Source: Amoeboaphelidium protococcarum X5 (taxonomy: Eukaryota > Fungi > Aphelidiomycota). From it: DNA of 64,000 bases. Every line of letters begins with the position of its first letter. Position 1 is the first letter of the stretch. Positions 1 to 11,945 of the stretch are shown piece after piece. The stretch covers positions 1-64,000 of the forward strand of contig JALDTO010000136.1 of assembly GCA_023515725.1 (NCBI GenBank), given 5' to 3'. Under the pieces are notes generated by a model that saw only the letters and a list, made by a program, of their open reading frames with translations, searched no databases and had not been told where the DNA came from. Position numbers and translations under genes: made by a program.

Positions 1-1210
1 CCCTGCCTACCCTGCCCCTGCCCTGCTGGGCGAGACGCGCTTCTGAGGCTTCACGTTCTAAATGCCGTTACCGCTCCTCTTCTTCAAGCATGGACTGACG
101 GATGGCCTCATTCAACATTAAATCTTCAATCTCGGATGAGATATCCAACATTCCGGGAAAGAAGGTATAATTTGGGCTGGTAAGGACAATTTCGCTATCA
201 TGTGGCTGCCTACGCCGTCTATGTCGGTGCTGGTGCCGCATTCTCCGCATTGCCCTCTCGGATTCTTCAGCGGCTCTGGCAGCTAACCTCTATCGTTCCT
301 TAATCTTGGCCACCACCTCTGGTCTGACATCATCAGACAATACAATATAGTCCTTATCGACAAATGCTGCACTCTAAGACTTGGTCAGCGTGCCAGTATC
401 ATTGTGCCTCTAAGTAGACAGCGGAGATGTCAATCTTGCCTCCAGTACATCAGACTGAGAGCGCATCATTTAAGCAGCTTTAGCATCAGCTCTGCTCATA
501 GTCTTTGATGTCTTGCGTCCCTGTTCCATTGAATTTTTGAAATTATAAGTAACACCAAACTCAAATTCAACACAATAAGGACACGTGGCACTGCGACCAT
601 CTTCTGAGCGCTTAATCTGAAGGAAGCACTCGGTACAAATTGGCTAATTACAGCATCTAGTATAATTAATGTTGGCGGGATAATATAGGAAACAAATCGG
701 ACATTCAACTGGATTTTCCAAAGCTTGCATAAACTAAGAGTTAATCTACAACGGCTCTAACACATTAGAATCTGCAGCCGATGTATTCATAGTATTCCTC
801 CTAGAATAACTTAAATTTTAATTACTAACAGACTAGTTATTAGCGCTAATATGATCTGAAGATGTAGACTATAATCTATGAGATGAAGGCAGGCGACCGA
901 ATAAACCAAGCATTGGACTCTTTTTACTCTTCATATACTGCTTATTAGCAAAATTGATTCTGCTTGTCTCAACCTGTAACTATTAATTTTTATAAAATTA
1001 TCTCAATTCATCCTCATCTCCAAAGCCTTGATAAAAGGGAGCCAATTTTTTATGGATAATCAATCGTTTAACAATTCTGACATCGTAATCAATCGACTCT
1101 TTGGAGTAGAGTCCTTACGGCACCACTTGGCCACCATCGATATTGGTTATCTTATCCAACTCGTCATAACTACTACTATTTTAATCAAAAGCTGATGCGA
1201 ATTGTCCCAT
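1..1210 (-). CDS. SIP5: Sip5/DA2-like RING-type zinc-finger protein (3' end runs off window)
   Basis: With TAR=Gln one frame runs from ATG 1210: MGQFASAF...IDGGQVVPQGLYS..IDYDVRIVKRLIIHKKLAPFYQG...[33 protein letters not shown]...CPYC...EDLMLNEAIRQSMLEEE, the motif order of fungal Sip5. N-terminal MG is a possible myristoylation site. Confidence 0.85.
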
Positions 1211-1481
1211 TATAAATTGTAATTTGTATAATTAATTAAGCCCTGAATGATGATGATGCTTTGGCGACAAAAACAAACCAGATTTTGCTGAATGAAAGAA
1301 GGAAAACCCCACGAAATGATCGTAAGAAGTTCCCCTTCCGGCGTGCTTCAAAAAGAAAATCTCTTTTATAGTATGATCCTCCCAACATTTCTCGTCAAAC
1401 TTTTAACTTACGATATCGAGAGTCGTTTTACATTAGATTCAATAGAGATAATAAATAGTATGAATGGATTCAACAAAGAGT

Positions 1482-2641
1482 TCATTTCCCATTGACGCGT
1501 TCTTTCTAATCATCTTGTCTATCTTGCTGCTTACCATCTTCTTCAACTTGGCTGAACAAATCATGCAACGACCCGGGAGCCTGGTTATCAAATGGCCTAA
1601 GGTGTTTTTGTTTACGTTTGAATCGCCGAGCATAACGCTCCTTAGACTCAATCATACCATTACCCATATCAAATCCAATTAAAGATTGTACGCCTTCTCT
1701 CATATCACTCCAGTTCTTTCGCTTATGTGTGGGATCATGCAGATTCTTAGTGATCAACTACTGAAACTACGCATTATCCATTTACTATCGCTCCATCTCA
1801 AGATTAGACATTTCTATAGATTTAATCTCTAAATGAAAAGGCCCAGGAAGATTGTCCGCCAATAGCAATCCAAAACTTTAAATATTTTCCATATTAGGTG
1901 GATGTTGTCTCATGTACTCAACACCGCAATTTGTCCTATGAAAGTAATCGATAGGAAGCTACATTACTATAAACAGATGACAGCCTCACTCAACAATATA
2001 AGGTCTTAATCCTAAGAATAATCTTACAATGACGCGTTCCCATTCGTATGGAGTACTAAACTTGAACTTGCACATGTACAAGTCTCCAGAAAATGATCGA
2101 GTAGTCTTGAAATTGAATGAGTACGTCCGGTGATCACCCTTCATGTTCAGAACAATATAATTCCACTGAGAGCAATCATATGTACGTCTATCAAACAAAT
2201 GTTAACGTTTGCGCAACTACACATAGTAATGGTGATGATGTAATAACGATTAGGTCTGACACTGTAGATTCATAATCTTACGCGTGATCGCAGGGCAACA
2301 TAACCAGAGTATATGGCATCAGATGATGGCTTCAGAGCAAGAGACAAAGTTCCATTAAATTTTAAAGCGCCATCATCTGAGAATCCAATCCTAGCCTGAC
2401 TGTATCCACCAATATCTTAATCGCATCCAAATCCCCATGATTTTACAGATTCTGGCGTATCAAACCGAAATAAAACTTTCTCTCGATCCAGCGTAGCGGC
2501 TTACTTTAGGAACAAAGCTACCTGATAACAGCAGAATAAATTGGATATGATATAGAATATAAAGATATTATGTAATTTACCTTCTTTGGACACGCTTTTA
2601 ATGTATGCAAACGTATTTCTAACAAACGAGGTCGCGGTCAT
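1482..2641 (-). CDS. CIA30: Complex I intermediate-associated protein 30 (CIA30/NDUFAF1 family), 4 exons, 320 aa
   Basis: Exons 2641-2581, 2517-2282, 2216-2028, 1958-1482 (GT-AG introns of 63, 65, 69 nt) join in frame. Motifs WGFGCDQDIGGYS, FNGTLS, SGYVALRS, MKGDHRTY, GLLLADNLPGPFHLEIKSI. TGA at 1484-1482. Confidence 0.85.
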
Positions 2642-2807
2642 TATTATAACTGACGTGTGTTTCCTTTAGATCAAGAAATCAGCAAAAGAGAACTACAGCG
2701 AAAAGACATCACTGAACGATTGTGTTTTGTGACTCTGAACACATTGAACTGCTCTCCAAAGGGATTGAAAAAAAATGAAGAACTCAAACATATGATAAAT
2801 ACGATAC

Positions 2808-3383
2808 TCAGATTAATTCAACTTGCTTCATAAAATTTTCACACGACCGGAGACATTACTGGAAATTCACTTCAAAATCTGACATGTCGCCATAGTAAGG
2901 ATCGACTATAATTTTTTAGTTTAGCGGATCATATGAGCCCAAGAGCTGAATTTTGGCTTTGCTGTTAGCAACATTAGAAGCACGCTATTTAGCATTGGAA
3001 AGATTAGAGTCATCCATGCACAGTATATAATCAAATCGCTGAAAGTCTTCATCCACAAGTTGACGCGCGCGATGTTCCACTTTTACGCCATTGCTCTTAC
3101 ACACTTTTATGGTTCTACATTAGATGGCGTATTCACATCAATATAAAAACATTACGAAATAATATACCTGTGATCAGGAGAAGATCCGATGTGATACGAA
3201 CTAGTGCCAGCACTGTCAACTTCCACCTCAGACTGTAAGCCGTTTTTATCGACCAGGTGTTTCATGACGGCCTCCGCCATTGGGCTACAAACTATTAATC
3301 GCGCAATTCGTATATTATAGTGCTTTTTCTACAGTATACTACCTTCTACATATATTTCCTAAACATATAAACAAAATCTTCAT
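2808..3383 (-). CDS. LTP1: Low-molecular-weight protein tyrosine phosphatase, 3 exons
   Basis: MKILFICLGNICR/SPMAEAV P-loop (split by intron 3342-3285), VDSAGT, HRARQ, FDYILCMD, DPYYG. Second intron 3167-3115. TGA at 2810-2808. Confidence 0.93.
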
Positions 3384-3536
3384 TATTCTTTAGTTGACTG
3401 AGAAGATTTAGGTAGAAATTCTATTCGGCAAGCATGAAAATCAAGTTTTGAGATTTAAATGAACAGTAGCTGACTCCGGGTAGTCTTTGTATCATCAAAA
3501 GAAGTTGGAAAATTAGACAAAAATTCACACAAAAGT

Positions 3537-5644
3537 ATGGGCAAGAAGACGCGTCAAATCACATAGGCAAAGGTATGTATTGATACCAGCAGTATTATAT
3601 AAGTATTAAATTATTGATGTATATGTAGATTAAGCTATTGAATAAGCCATTGAAAGGGTAAGTGGCTGCTCATTACTCTGATGAAGATGAAGATTTGGAA
3701 TTGAACAAGGAAGATTTGGAGTTTTTTCAATCAAGCCAAGTCGATATGGATAGCCTCGAGATGTAATCAGATGGTGACGATAAAGAGGAATTTAATTTTG
3801 AGAATGGTCATAAAGCGAAATCTTTTGATAGCAAGTTGCTCAACAGAGATCAAGGCTTGATGATAAAGACACCTGCTGGTAAATGGATCGCGAATGATCG
3901 TCGTCTAAATGACGCGAAGTAAGTAGATTAGGAAGACCTTGTTGGAACTGATAAAACATGTGATAATAACAATGCTTAAGTTGTTGATCGATAGACGATT
4001 AGTACCGATATATCGAGCGGTAAAAAAGTAGCCTCCTTTGCAGATAAAAAGATCGAGATTGGCTCTACAGCTGCTCTGATATTGCAGAATAACGAGGAAT
4101 ACATCGGTAAATTGAAGGTAATCCGGGCGCATTTGAAAGATGATGATAAGCGCGTGGTCAAGTTAGCAATGCTCAGTCTGTGTGCAATCTTTGCAGATAT
4201 TGTGCCGTCTTATAGAGTCAGAGAGTTGACGGAGAAGGAGCGCGCTGAGAAAGTGTCGAAGGAGGTGCGCAAAGTTCGCGACTATGAAGAAGCTGTGGTC
4301 AGTAATTATAAATAATACGTGGATCAGCTGGATTAACTGGCCAGTAGAAATACATTCTCTGGTAAGGAAAACTCTGCGAAATCTAGTAGCTAGGATTATT
4401 CTATTTTGTACACTGCGGTGAAATGTCTCTGCTAGTTGGCTGTCTCCCTGTCTCATTTCAACCATAGTTCTCGCGTTATATCTGGCGTTGTAAAGCGCAT
4501 GAATTTATATTTTAATGATAAGGAGCGAGCAGCCATACATGGCTTTACTGTAGATGCTGTATCGTCTCTGTGCTGTGATTGTGCAAAGAAAATCATCATG
4601 AACGATACGGATGGAAGGACTAGCCTTGAAATTGTGAAGCTAATTGCAGACTTGGTGAAAGTGAAAGGGGCAAAGATTCGACCATGCGTGCTTGAACCTT
4701 TGCTTCTCCTTGAACTCACCACTGATCTCAAGTAGAATGAGAAGAATGGTGGTAAAAATAATAAAAGAAAGATGGGTGCCCAGGATAAGAAGGCACATTT
4801 GTCCAAGAAGTAGAAGAAGCAGTTGAAAGTGTAGAAGGAAGTGGAGCTTGAACTGAAGGAAGCTGACGCTGTGGTTAGTGCTGAAGAACGCGGCAAGTAT
4901 TAGGCTGAAATTTTAAAGCATCTCTTCTCCATCTATGTTCGTGTGTTGAAGTTTAACAATAATAGTCATCTGCTCCAAGTTACGCTGAAGGGCCTTTCAA
5001 AATTTGCGCGTCTAATCAATGTAGAGTTTTTTCAGGAGCTGGTGATATTTTTGCGCAAAATTATCGCGAATGATGATGAATTATCTCCTCTTGATGTAAT
5101 GCTTTGTGTGTAAACTAGTATGAAGTTGCTGTGTAGCTTCCAAGCCGTGATTGTAAATGTTGAGTATAATGACTTCAAGGTTGCCGCATACAGGGCTCTT
5201 AGATTAGCGATTCCGTATATGCAGGAGAGTCAGAACTCGTATGAGTGTGAGTTGGAAATCACGCAGGCTGTAGAGGAGATGATGAGCAACATGTTCTTGG
5301 GCAGGAGAACGTCCGAATTGAGTGCTAATTCAATGGCGGCCTTCATCAAGCGTATCGCCATATTAACTACTGCTTTAACCTGGCATCAGTCGTAGCTTTC
5401 AATGATATCGCTGATACACAGAATGCTCTTGAAATCTCCGCAGAAAGTTCTCAATATGATCCAAGAAGAGGAAGATGACGCGTCAGTGTTTCATTAATAT
5501 AATGCTGAGACTGACGATGTCGATAAATGCTTTGCCTTGGAATCAAAATTGTACGAGCTGAGCGTATTATCGAAGAATCCGAATGCTCTTATTAGAAAAG
5601 CAGTACACAACATTGGATAGTTGACGTAAAATGGAATAAATTGA
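3537..5644 (+). CDS. NOC3: Nucleolar complex protein 3 (NOC3, CBF/Mak21 family)
   Basis: ATG 3537, intron 3573-3628, then one frame to TGA 5642-5644. KLAMLSLCAIFADIVPSYRVRELTEKE..KVSKEV, HFNHS, GLSKFARLINVEFF. Confidence 0.92.
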
Positions 5645-5881
5645 AATTATACTTATTTGCTCAGACTATGATTTTTTAACTATTTTTTTTAATATCTTGA
5701 AAATTTAATATCGAATTTTGGTAAAGTCCCGTATGATGCCGGCATTACGACCAGAGCGTTGTGACGTTGTCGATGGATCTACATTGCAACTGCGAATAGG
5801 AGGCTATTTTTAGATTTACTCCATTTCTTTTCTTACAACATGTGCTTTACGTTAAAAATTCGACAAAAATTGCAGTATATC

Positions 5882-6024
5882 TAAGAGAAGAGATATGTCG
5901 CCGGATACTGTTTGGGTCAAATTCGGAATGGGCACACCTGTAAAGATTGCGATATCTTCGTGCATTGATGTTGCTGATGTGATTCGCGCCACCAAAGAGT
6001 AACTAGAGTTACAAGATCGCTTAG
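5882..6024 (+). repeat. 143-bp direct repeat, copy 1 (copy 2 at 10892-11034)
   Basis: taagagaagagatatgtcgccgg...acaagatcgcttag matches 10892-11034 except one base (accaaagag vs accaacgag). Offset 5010 bp. Confidence 0.97.
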
Positions 6025-6029
6025 GATGA
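5895..6029 (+). pseudogene. Truncated copy of the Crinkler-like ubiquitin-type N-terminal head
   Basis: MSPDTVWVKFGMGTPVKIAISSCIDVADVIRATKEQLELQDRLG then TGA at 6027-6029, right after identity with the 10905 gene ends. Confidence 0.7.
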
Positions 6030-6179
6030 TTATGACTTTGTCAAAGAGTGCCTGAAGTTTCTTAGTGAAATGATGATTGCTTGTCACTTTAGAATAAGGT
6101 AACAGTACAGTATATAGAAGCCCGAAAATGTACAAAGAGTTATGGCTAAATGTTCATTAAGATTCACAATAGCATTACT

Positions 6180-7913
6180 TCAGTTCACTTCTTCCAAATC
6201 TTCATCATCATCATCGCGCAAATTAATACATTGATATTGGGTCAATCCTGAGCTTGATTCAATGTCATTACCTCCCAGAGCAATTTCCTTGACCTAAGCA
6301 AACGATCCGGAATCGAGCAACTACTTCAATGCATCAGAAAATGCGGGCTCCAGATCATTATAGCGCAAATCGATCATCTGCAACTCTGACTTCTTACTCA
6401 ACTCAATTATCATCGGAACGGCGTGCGTAGTATTCAAAGAAACGTCTTCCAGGTTCAGACTCTTTAGATGATCCCACTAAGCCAACGCGGCCACCAAATC
6501 TTCTCCAGCGTCGACAAAATGGCACCCATTCGGAGAGTCGACAGACATGGCGAGAAAATTGTCAGAAAGGTCCACTGATTTAAGACTGCATTACTTAAGC
6601 GCTACCAATAGAGATTACATCGAAGGCGCAGAGAGAGAGCAGCCTTTAAATGAGACAACAGATAAACTTTTCAAGGAATTTGGCAGGGGATTCAACAAGC
6701 TAAAATCGCCATCTCGTATCTTGTTAAGTGACAAGTTCAAGTCCTACAGTTTGCATCTCGCCAAAGATAAAAGATTGCATAAACGTGGAATTGCCTCCTC
6801 AGGAATTCCGCAATCTTCGCAGTCCAGATTTTGCAGGGAGCGCAGCTCTGCGAGGAACCCAAAAACCAATTCCGCACCCGATGCTCCAAGTGCATTCCTT
6901 GATACAGACAGAAATTTCAAATTAGATTATTGGGTAACACTGGCAACAAGTACAGACAACTATGCCAACAATGAAGGCTGCGTTTTAAAGCAATCACACA
7001 GCCACAACTCCTCCAATTAAAGTAATTCTCTGAATGCATTTGCCAATTCCAGACAAGCTTCCAGATTAAAGCTTGAACCAGTGAGATACACCTTTTTCAG
7101 TGACCTCTAATAAAGTTGAAGGCTTCTGCAAAAACTTATCACCTCAAATCTGCCGACAACTTTTGTTGCATCAACAGGGAACTTTGCTTAAGTAAAGTCA
7201 TCAAACGCGTCAGTTGAGACCTAAAGATTTCGCAGCACGCGAATCAGTCCAAGAGTATCATGCTACTACATAGCATCCATGACGGGGTAAGTTCTTAGCT
7301 CCAAATTTTCAGATACTTCAGCATTAGTAGGAGGCTAGCAAATTTTCACTTGCAATGATCTTTCTTCAGGAATTAAACACTATTCCGCACTTGCCGCACA
7401 CTTCTCATTCACATCTGCTTGTATAACTTGCTCATGGTCATCGAGTATTTCAACTTCAGATGAATGATGGCCTAAAAAAGGTTCAGTTGAATCCTCGCCG
7501 GGCTAACTAGTAGACTGAGTGTTCGACTGCGCAATCAGAGTATTGGATACGAAAGAATAACCAAGTTCTTCAAACAACGAACAATTGGCTGCCTTGCACA
7601 GTGGAATTAGCTGCAGTTTATGTACAGATCGTAAAGTATGAGTTGTCCCACGAAGCTCCTCCACTTTCACACCACATGATGAATACACGTCTGACCCTAA
7701 TTTTCCTCCATACTCCTTAACACCCGATCTTCTCAAATTGTCCAAGAATGTACCAAACTACTGATTTGAAACCAGCTTGCCATTCAAAGGTATAATAGGC
7801 ACCAACTTCTTGTAATCAACGAACCCATCATCATCTGGTGTGATGCCGTGTTTCGTCAAGAAAGCATTTACTGCACCAGTTCTGAAAAGCAATATGTCAG
7901 TTTAATTCATCAT
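6180..7913 (-). CDS. RNI-like leucine-rich-repeat protein (divergent RanGAP-like) with long N-terminal extension, 577 aa
   Basis: Single TAR=Gln frame from ATG 7913 to TGA 6182-6180. LRRs: LKFLSVSRNALGASG, LQDLNLSLNKI, LKSVDLSDNFL, WDHLKSLNLEDVSL, LQMIDLRYNDL, IALGGNDI. Acidic tail DDDDEDLEEVN. Confidence 0.8.
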
Positions 7914-9030
7914 CAAATAAAGACAGAAAATTAATAGATAGGCAATGTTGATAGGAGGAAGAGGGATTGGTCAATAGCGCGTCTTATGAAACGGGAGGTA
8001 AATCCCAGATTGGAAATGATTTCGATTTGTTTCAGCGCGTTGAAACGACATCAGACGGACTTTGATTGCAAAACTGAGCGCTCGTCACTCAAGCAACCAA
8101 AGCTGGAGGTTGTATGCCGATGACTCTTACAAAACATAACTTGAGCACAATATTTTCTCATTTAAAAATCTGATGTCCATTAACAAACATGATCAGTGAG
8201 GCTGACTTTTGTCATATTCCAACAATTTACATGACATAGTAGAAAATAATGAGTTCGCTATTGTACTTGACACTGTTGATCTAATCTCAAACCAACATTC
8301 TCTAAAATGTCGGCCCATTATAACCAGCATTCTTTAAGAGAAAATAGACTTGCATGCCAGGGCGTTCTTCCAATTAATCCGATAAAAAGGTCTCATTCAT
8401 AATCAAACAAGCTGAAATATACAGAGTGAAAAGCGTCGGAGTAGCCTGAATCAAGCCGGAAAATTGCTGCAAGAGATACAAGGAGAAAAGACCCGCGTAA
8501 GCTCTAGTTAGCGGTTCTCCAGATATGGCTACAAAACGCTCAAACGCGGAACTAATGACGTTACTAAATTCATGTCATGGCTTCTCAATAGGAAGCTCTG
8601 GAAGCAGTGCATTAAGTAAAATGGAGAAGAATCTGTTGGAACTGTAGGAGAGCGGTGAATAGTTTTGCAAATTCTGTGATATATTGTGATGTGTCGTGAT
8701 CTGATAGTGTCACTGATTGAGTCAGAGCTATCCAGGTTCCGGTCCTCGAAAGAGGACTGTGCTTAATAATTTTCATCCAGAAGGTCAGTTGATTCTTCTT
8801 CCTGCAAGGGCGGCTGATATAAGCTCGCCAAGAGGATTCAGACGGACAATAAGTCCTGTGAATAAGCTACTAATAAAATTTACGTATAAACTGATTGAGT
8901 CATAGAAGATAAAGTGTATAATTTGACAGGCTATCTCTCTATTACAGGCAGGTTCCGTAAGAGAAAATATAAGTGATTAAGCAGGAACCGATATATCTAC
9001 TACTACTTCGCCTTTTGCCCCAAATATTAA

Positions 9031-10010
9031 TTAACAGCGCTTTCAATTTAACAGCTTTCAATTCAACAGCGCTTTCAATTTAACAGCATTCAATTCAACA
9101 GTACTTTCAGTTTTACAGCTTTCAAATTCACAGTACTTTCAGTTTTTCAGCTTTCAATTTAACAGCTTTCAAATTCACAGTACTTTCAATTCAACAGCTT
9201 TCAATTTAACAGCTTTCAATTTAACAGTACTTTCAGTTTTACAGCTTTCAATTGAACAGCTTTCAAATTCACAGTACTTTCAATTTAACAGCTTTCAAAT
9301 TCACAGTACTTTCAGTTTTACAGCTTTCAATTTAACAGCTTTCAAATTCACAGTACTTTCAATTCAACAGCTTTCAATTTAACAGCTTTCAAATTCACAG
9401 TACTTTCAATTTAACAGCTTTCAAATTCACAGTACTTTCAGTTTTACAGCTTTCAATTTAACAGCTTTCAAATTCACAGTACTTTCAATTCAACAGCTTT
9501 CAATTTAACAGCTTTCAAATTCACAGTACTTTCAGTTTTACAGCTTTCAAATTCACAGTACTTTCAATTTAACAGCTTTCAAATTCACAGTACTTTCAAT
9601 TCAACAGCTTTCAATTTAACAGCTTTCAAATTCACAGTACTTTCAATTTAACAGCTTTCAAATTCACAGTACTTTCAGTTTTACAGCTTTCAATTTAACA
9701 GCTTTCAAATTCACAGTACTTTCAATTCAACAGCTTTCAATTTAACAGCTTTCAAATTCACAGTACTTTCAGTTTTACAGCTTTCAATTTAACAGCTTTC
9801 AAATTCACAGTACTTTCAATTTTACAGCTTTCATATTCACAGTACTTTCAATTTAACAGCTTTCAAATTCACAGTACTTTCAGTTTTACAGCTTTCATAT
9901 TCACAGTACTTTCAATTTAACAGTACTTTCAATTCAACAGCTTTCAATTTAACAGTACTTTCAACTTAACAGCATTCAGTTTAACGGTACTTTCAACTTA
10001 ACAGCTTTCA
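9031..10010. repeat. ~980-bp minisatellite of mixed 15- and 17-bp units with a 126-bp higher-order repeat
   Basis: Units cagctttcaatttaa, cagctttcaaattca, cagtactttcaattcaa, cagtactttcagtttta. The same 126-bp block starts at 9272, 9398 and 9635. Units at both edges are diverged. Confidence 0.97.
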
Positions 10011-10891
10011 TCAGAAGCAGCACAAATGCGTTGCTTGAAAGACCAACTAGCACAGTGCTTCCGCCGAGCCTGGGCAGCTCTTAGGCGCCGCCCAACATGC
10101 TCATCTTCTACTTTTCATAAAGATAGTTTTTATATCCTTCTAGCTACTTAACTTACTCCTGCTACTTGAACTACTAGGAATGGCGAGTTTCATTTTGAGG
10201 CTTACCTGTGGCAACTTTCTCAGCTTAACAATGCTCCTACGTTAAATCTGTTAATCAACCTTATTCATATTCTTCTAGCCATCGTTCTGAACTCGGCTCG
10301 CAATTTTCTAAGAGTGCAGTGTTCGTTGATTCATTGTTCTGTGTCCTGCTGAAGATCTGGTAGTTTAGAAATGATCATAGCAGGTGGAAGGATATTAAGT
10401 ACAAAATCAACTGGCATAAGCGACGTAACTAGCTGGCACATCAGAAGAGGTGGAGAATAGTCGATGAGGAGGGAACCGCATCAGAGAACGCTCACCATTT
10501 CCTACCGACGAACCGCCATGTACTGCATCGTATTATTATTGTAAATTTTTTTCATATGACATATAATATAGTAGGCTACAATATTAGAGTAGTATCATCA
10601 TCTTCAGACACAAAAGACGTAATTATCTAATCGATATCGAAGTCATCCATATGATGATAATCGTAAAAGGTATAGACGTCTTAAAGAGAAAGAGACGAAA
10701 GTTTCATATGTGGCTCGTTAAATACGCGCGTCTTAATTTAAGTTGAAAGTTGGATTGACGCGTTGATCCTCTCAGATCTTCATATCTTGACTTATTTTTA
10801 GATTTTCTCCATCTCTTTCACTTCAGCAGCAAGTGTATTACTTTAAAAAGTTTGTTACAATAACGTAATAAGACGTAATAATAAAAGAATA

Positions 10892-11034
10892 TAAGAGAAG
10901 AGATATGTCGCCGGATACTGTTTGGGTCAAATTCGGAATGGGCACACCTGTAAAGATTGCGATATCTTCGTGCATTGATGTTGCTGATGTGATTCGCGCC
11001 ACCAACGAGTAACTAGAGTTACAAGATCGCTTAG
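10892..11034 (+). repeat. 143-bp direct repeat, copy 2
   Basis: 142/143 identical to 5882-6024. Covers the 5' UTR and first 43 codons of the rhomboid-fusion gene. Confidence 0.97.
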
Positions 11035-11945
11035 ATTAGCTTTACTTTTTAGTTCAAGAGGGTCATAGTTGGAAATTGTAGAGACCCGGTATGACTCTCA
11101 TTAATTTGCTATAGAAATATCCTCAAGCCGGATAATCAGATTCTAATTGCATCATGATTAGGAAAATCGCAACTGCTTCAAATCACAGAGAAGAACATTA
11201 TGATTTTGGCCGTGATATGTTTGATAGCGGATTAGAACAGGAGCGTGAAGATAAAGATTTATTGATTAAATCATTGAATTCTGCTGTGGAAGTAGCTTTA
11301 AAATTTCTATATGGGATTTTTGGAGTCTTTCGCCGTGCCACAGTCGATCTACATTGGTCCACTATGGCATATGTGGTTGTACATCTTGATGACTTGAGGA
11401 AATTCAATTTATACTCTTAAAATGGACTTTGCATTGCGCTGCTATTTAGTCTTTATTGTTGGCTTGACTCAAAGCCAGCAGATTTTGCGCGTAAGCACTT
11501 CACCTCTTCGCAAAGTAATATGGAACGCGGTAGGTACATGACTCTCCTCACATCATCGTTTGCACACGTTGATCTTGATCATTTGATATGCAACGTGATA
11601 TCTCTCGTATTATTGGGGCCTGATTTTGATATGCTTTTTAACATCGAAGGCTACGTTTTATTTGTGATACTTAGTAGTGTATTTTCCAGCTGGGTAAGCG
11701 TCAAGACACACGGCAAACCGTCTATGGGGTTTAGCGGTGTCATATGCGCTATGGAAGGATTTCTACTCTTGGCACACCGTGAAGACGTCCGTCATATATT
11801 TACTAACTACATTATTTATTGTATCGCTCGATGGGATGATCAAATCGATCATGTCGCGCATTGTGCAGGTTTCGCATTTGGAGTCGGTTACTTCAAAGTG
11901 CTTTAGAGAAGCTTTAGTAGACAGAATTACATTCGTGCATACTGA
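10905..11945 (+). CDS. Rhomboid-family intramembrane serine protease with N-terminal Crinkler-like ubiquitin-type domain, 346 aa
   Basis: One frame from ATG 10905 to TGA 11943-11945, joining track ORFs 11154 and 11520. Rhomboid motifs TLLTSSFAHVDLDHLICN, catalytic GFSG, IDHVAHCAG. N-terminal ~85 aa: VWVKFGMGTPVKIAISSCIDVADVIRAT...RPGMTL..L...AGQSDSNCIMIR. Confidence 0.85.

Noticed and set aside
8100-8950. ORF-like minus-strand stretch of roughly 150 codons
   Set aside because: Bounded by TGA, no convincing start and no recognisable motif; possibly decayed coding DNA but not supportable.
9031-10010. CRISPR array or telomeric repeat
   Set aside because: No unique spacers, eukaryotic context, interstitial position and no G-rich strand.
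10020-10650. Minus-strand MDDFDIDQIITSF... fragments
   Set aside because: Interrupted by TGA in every frame tried, with no consistent splice sites.
5882-11034. LTR retrotransposon bounded by the 143-bp direct repeats
   Set aside because: The repeats are 5' UTR plus coding sequence, lack TG...CA ends, PBS/PPT and an evident target-site duplication, and no gag/pol lies between them.
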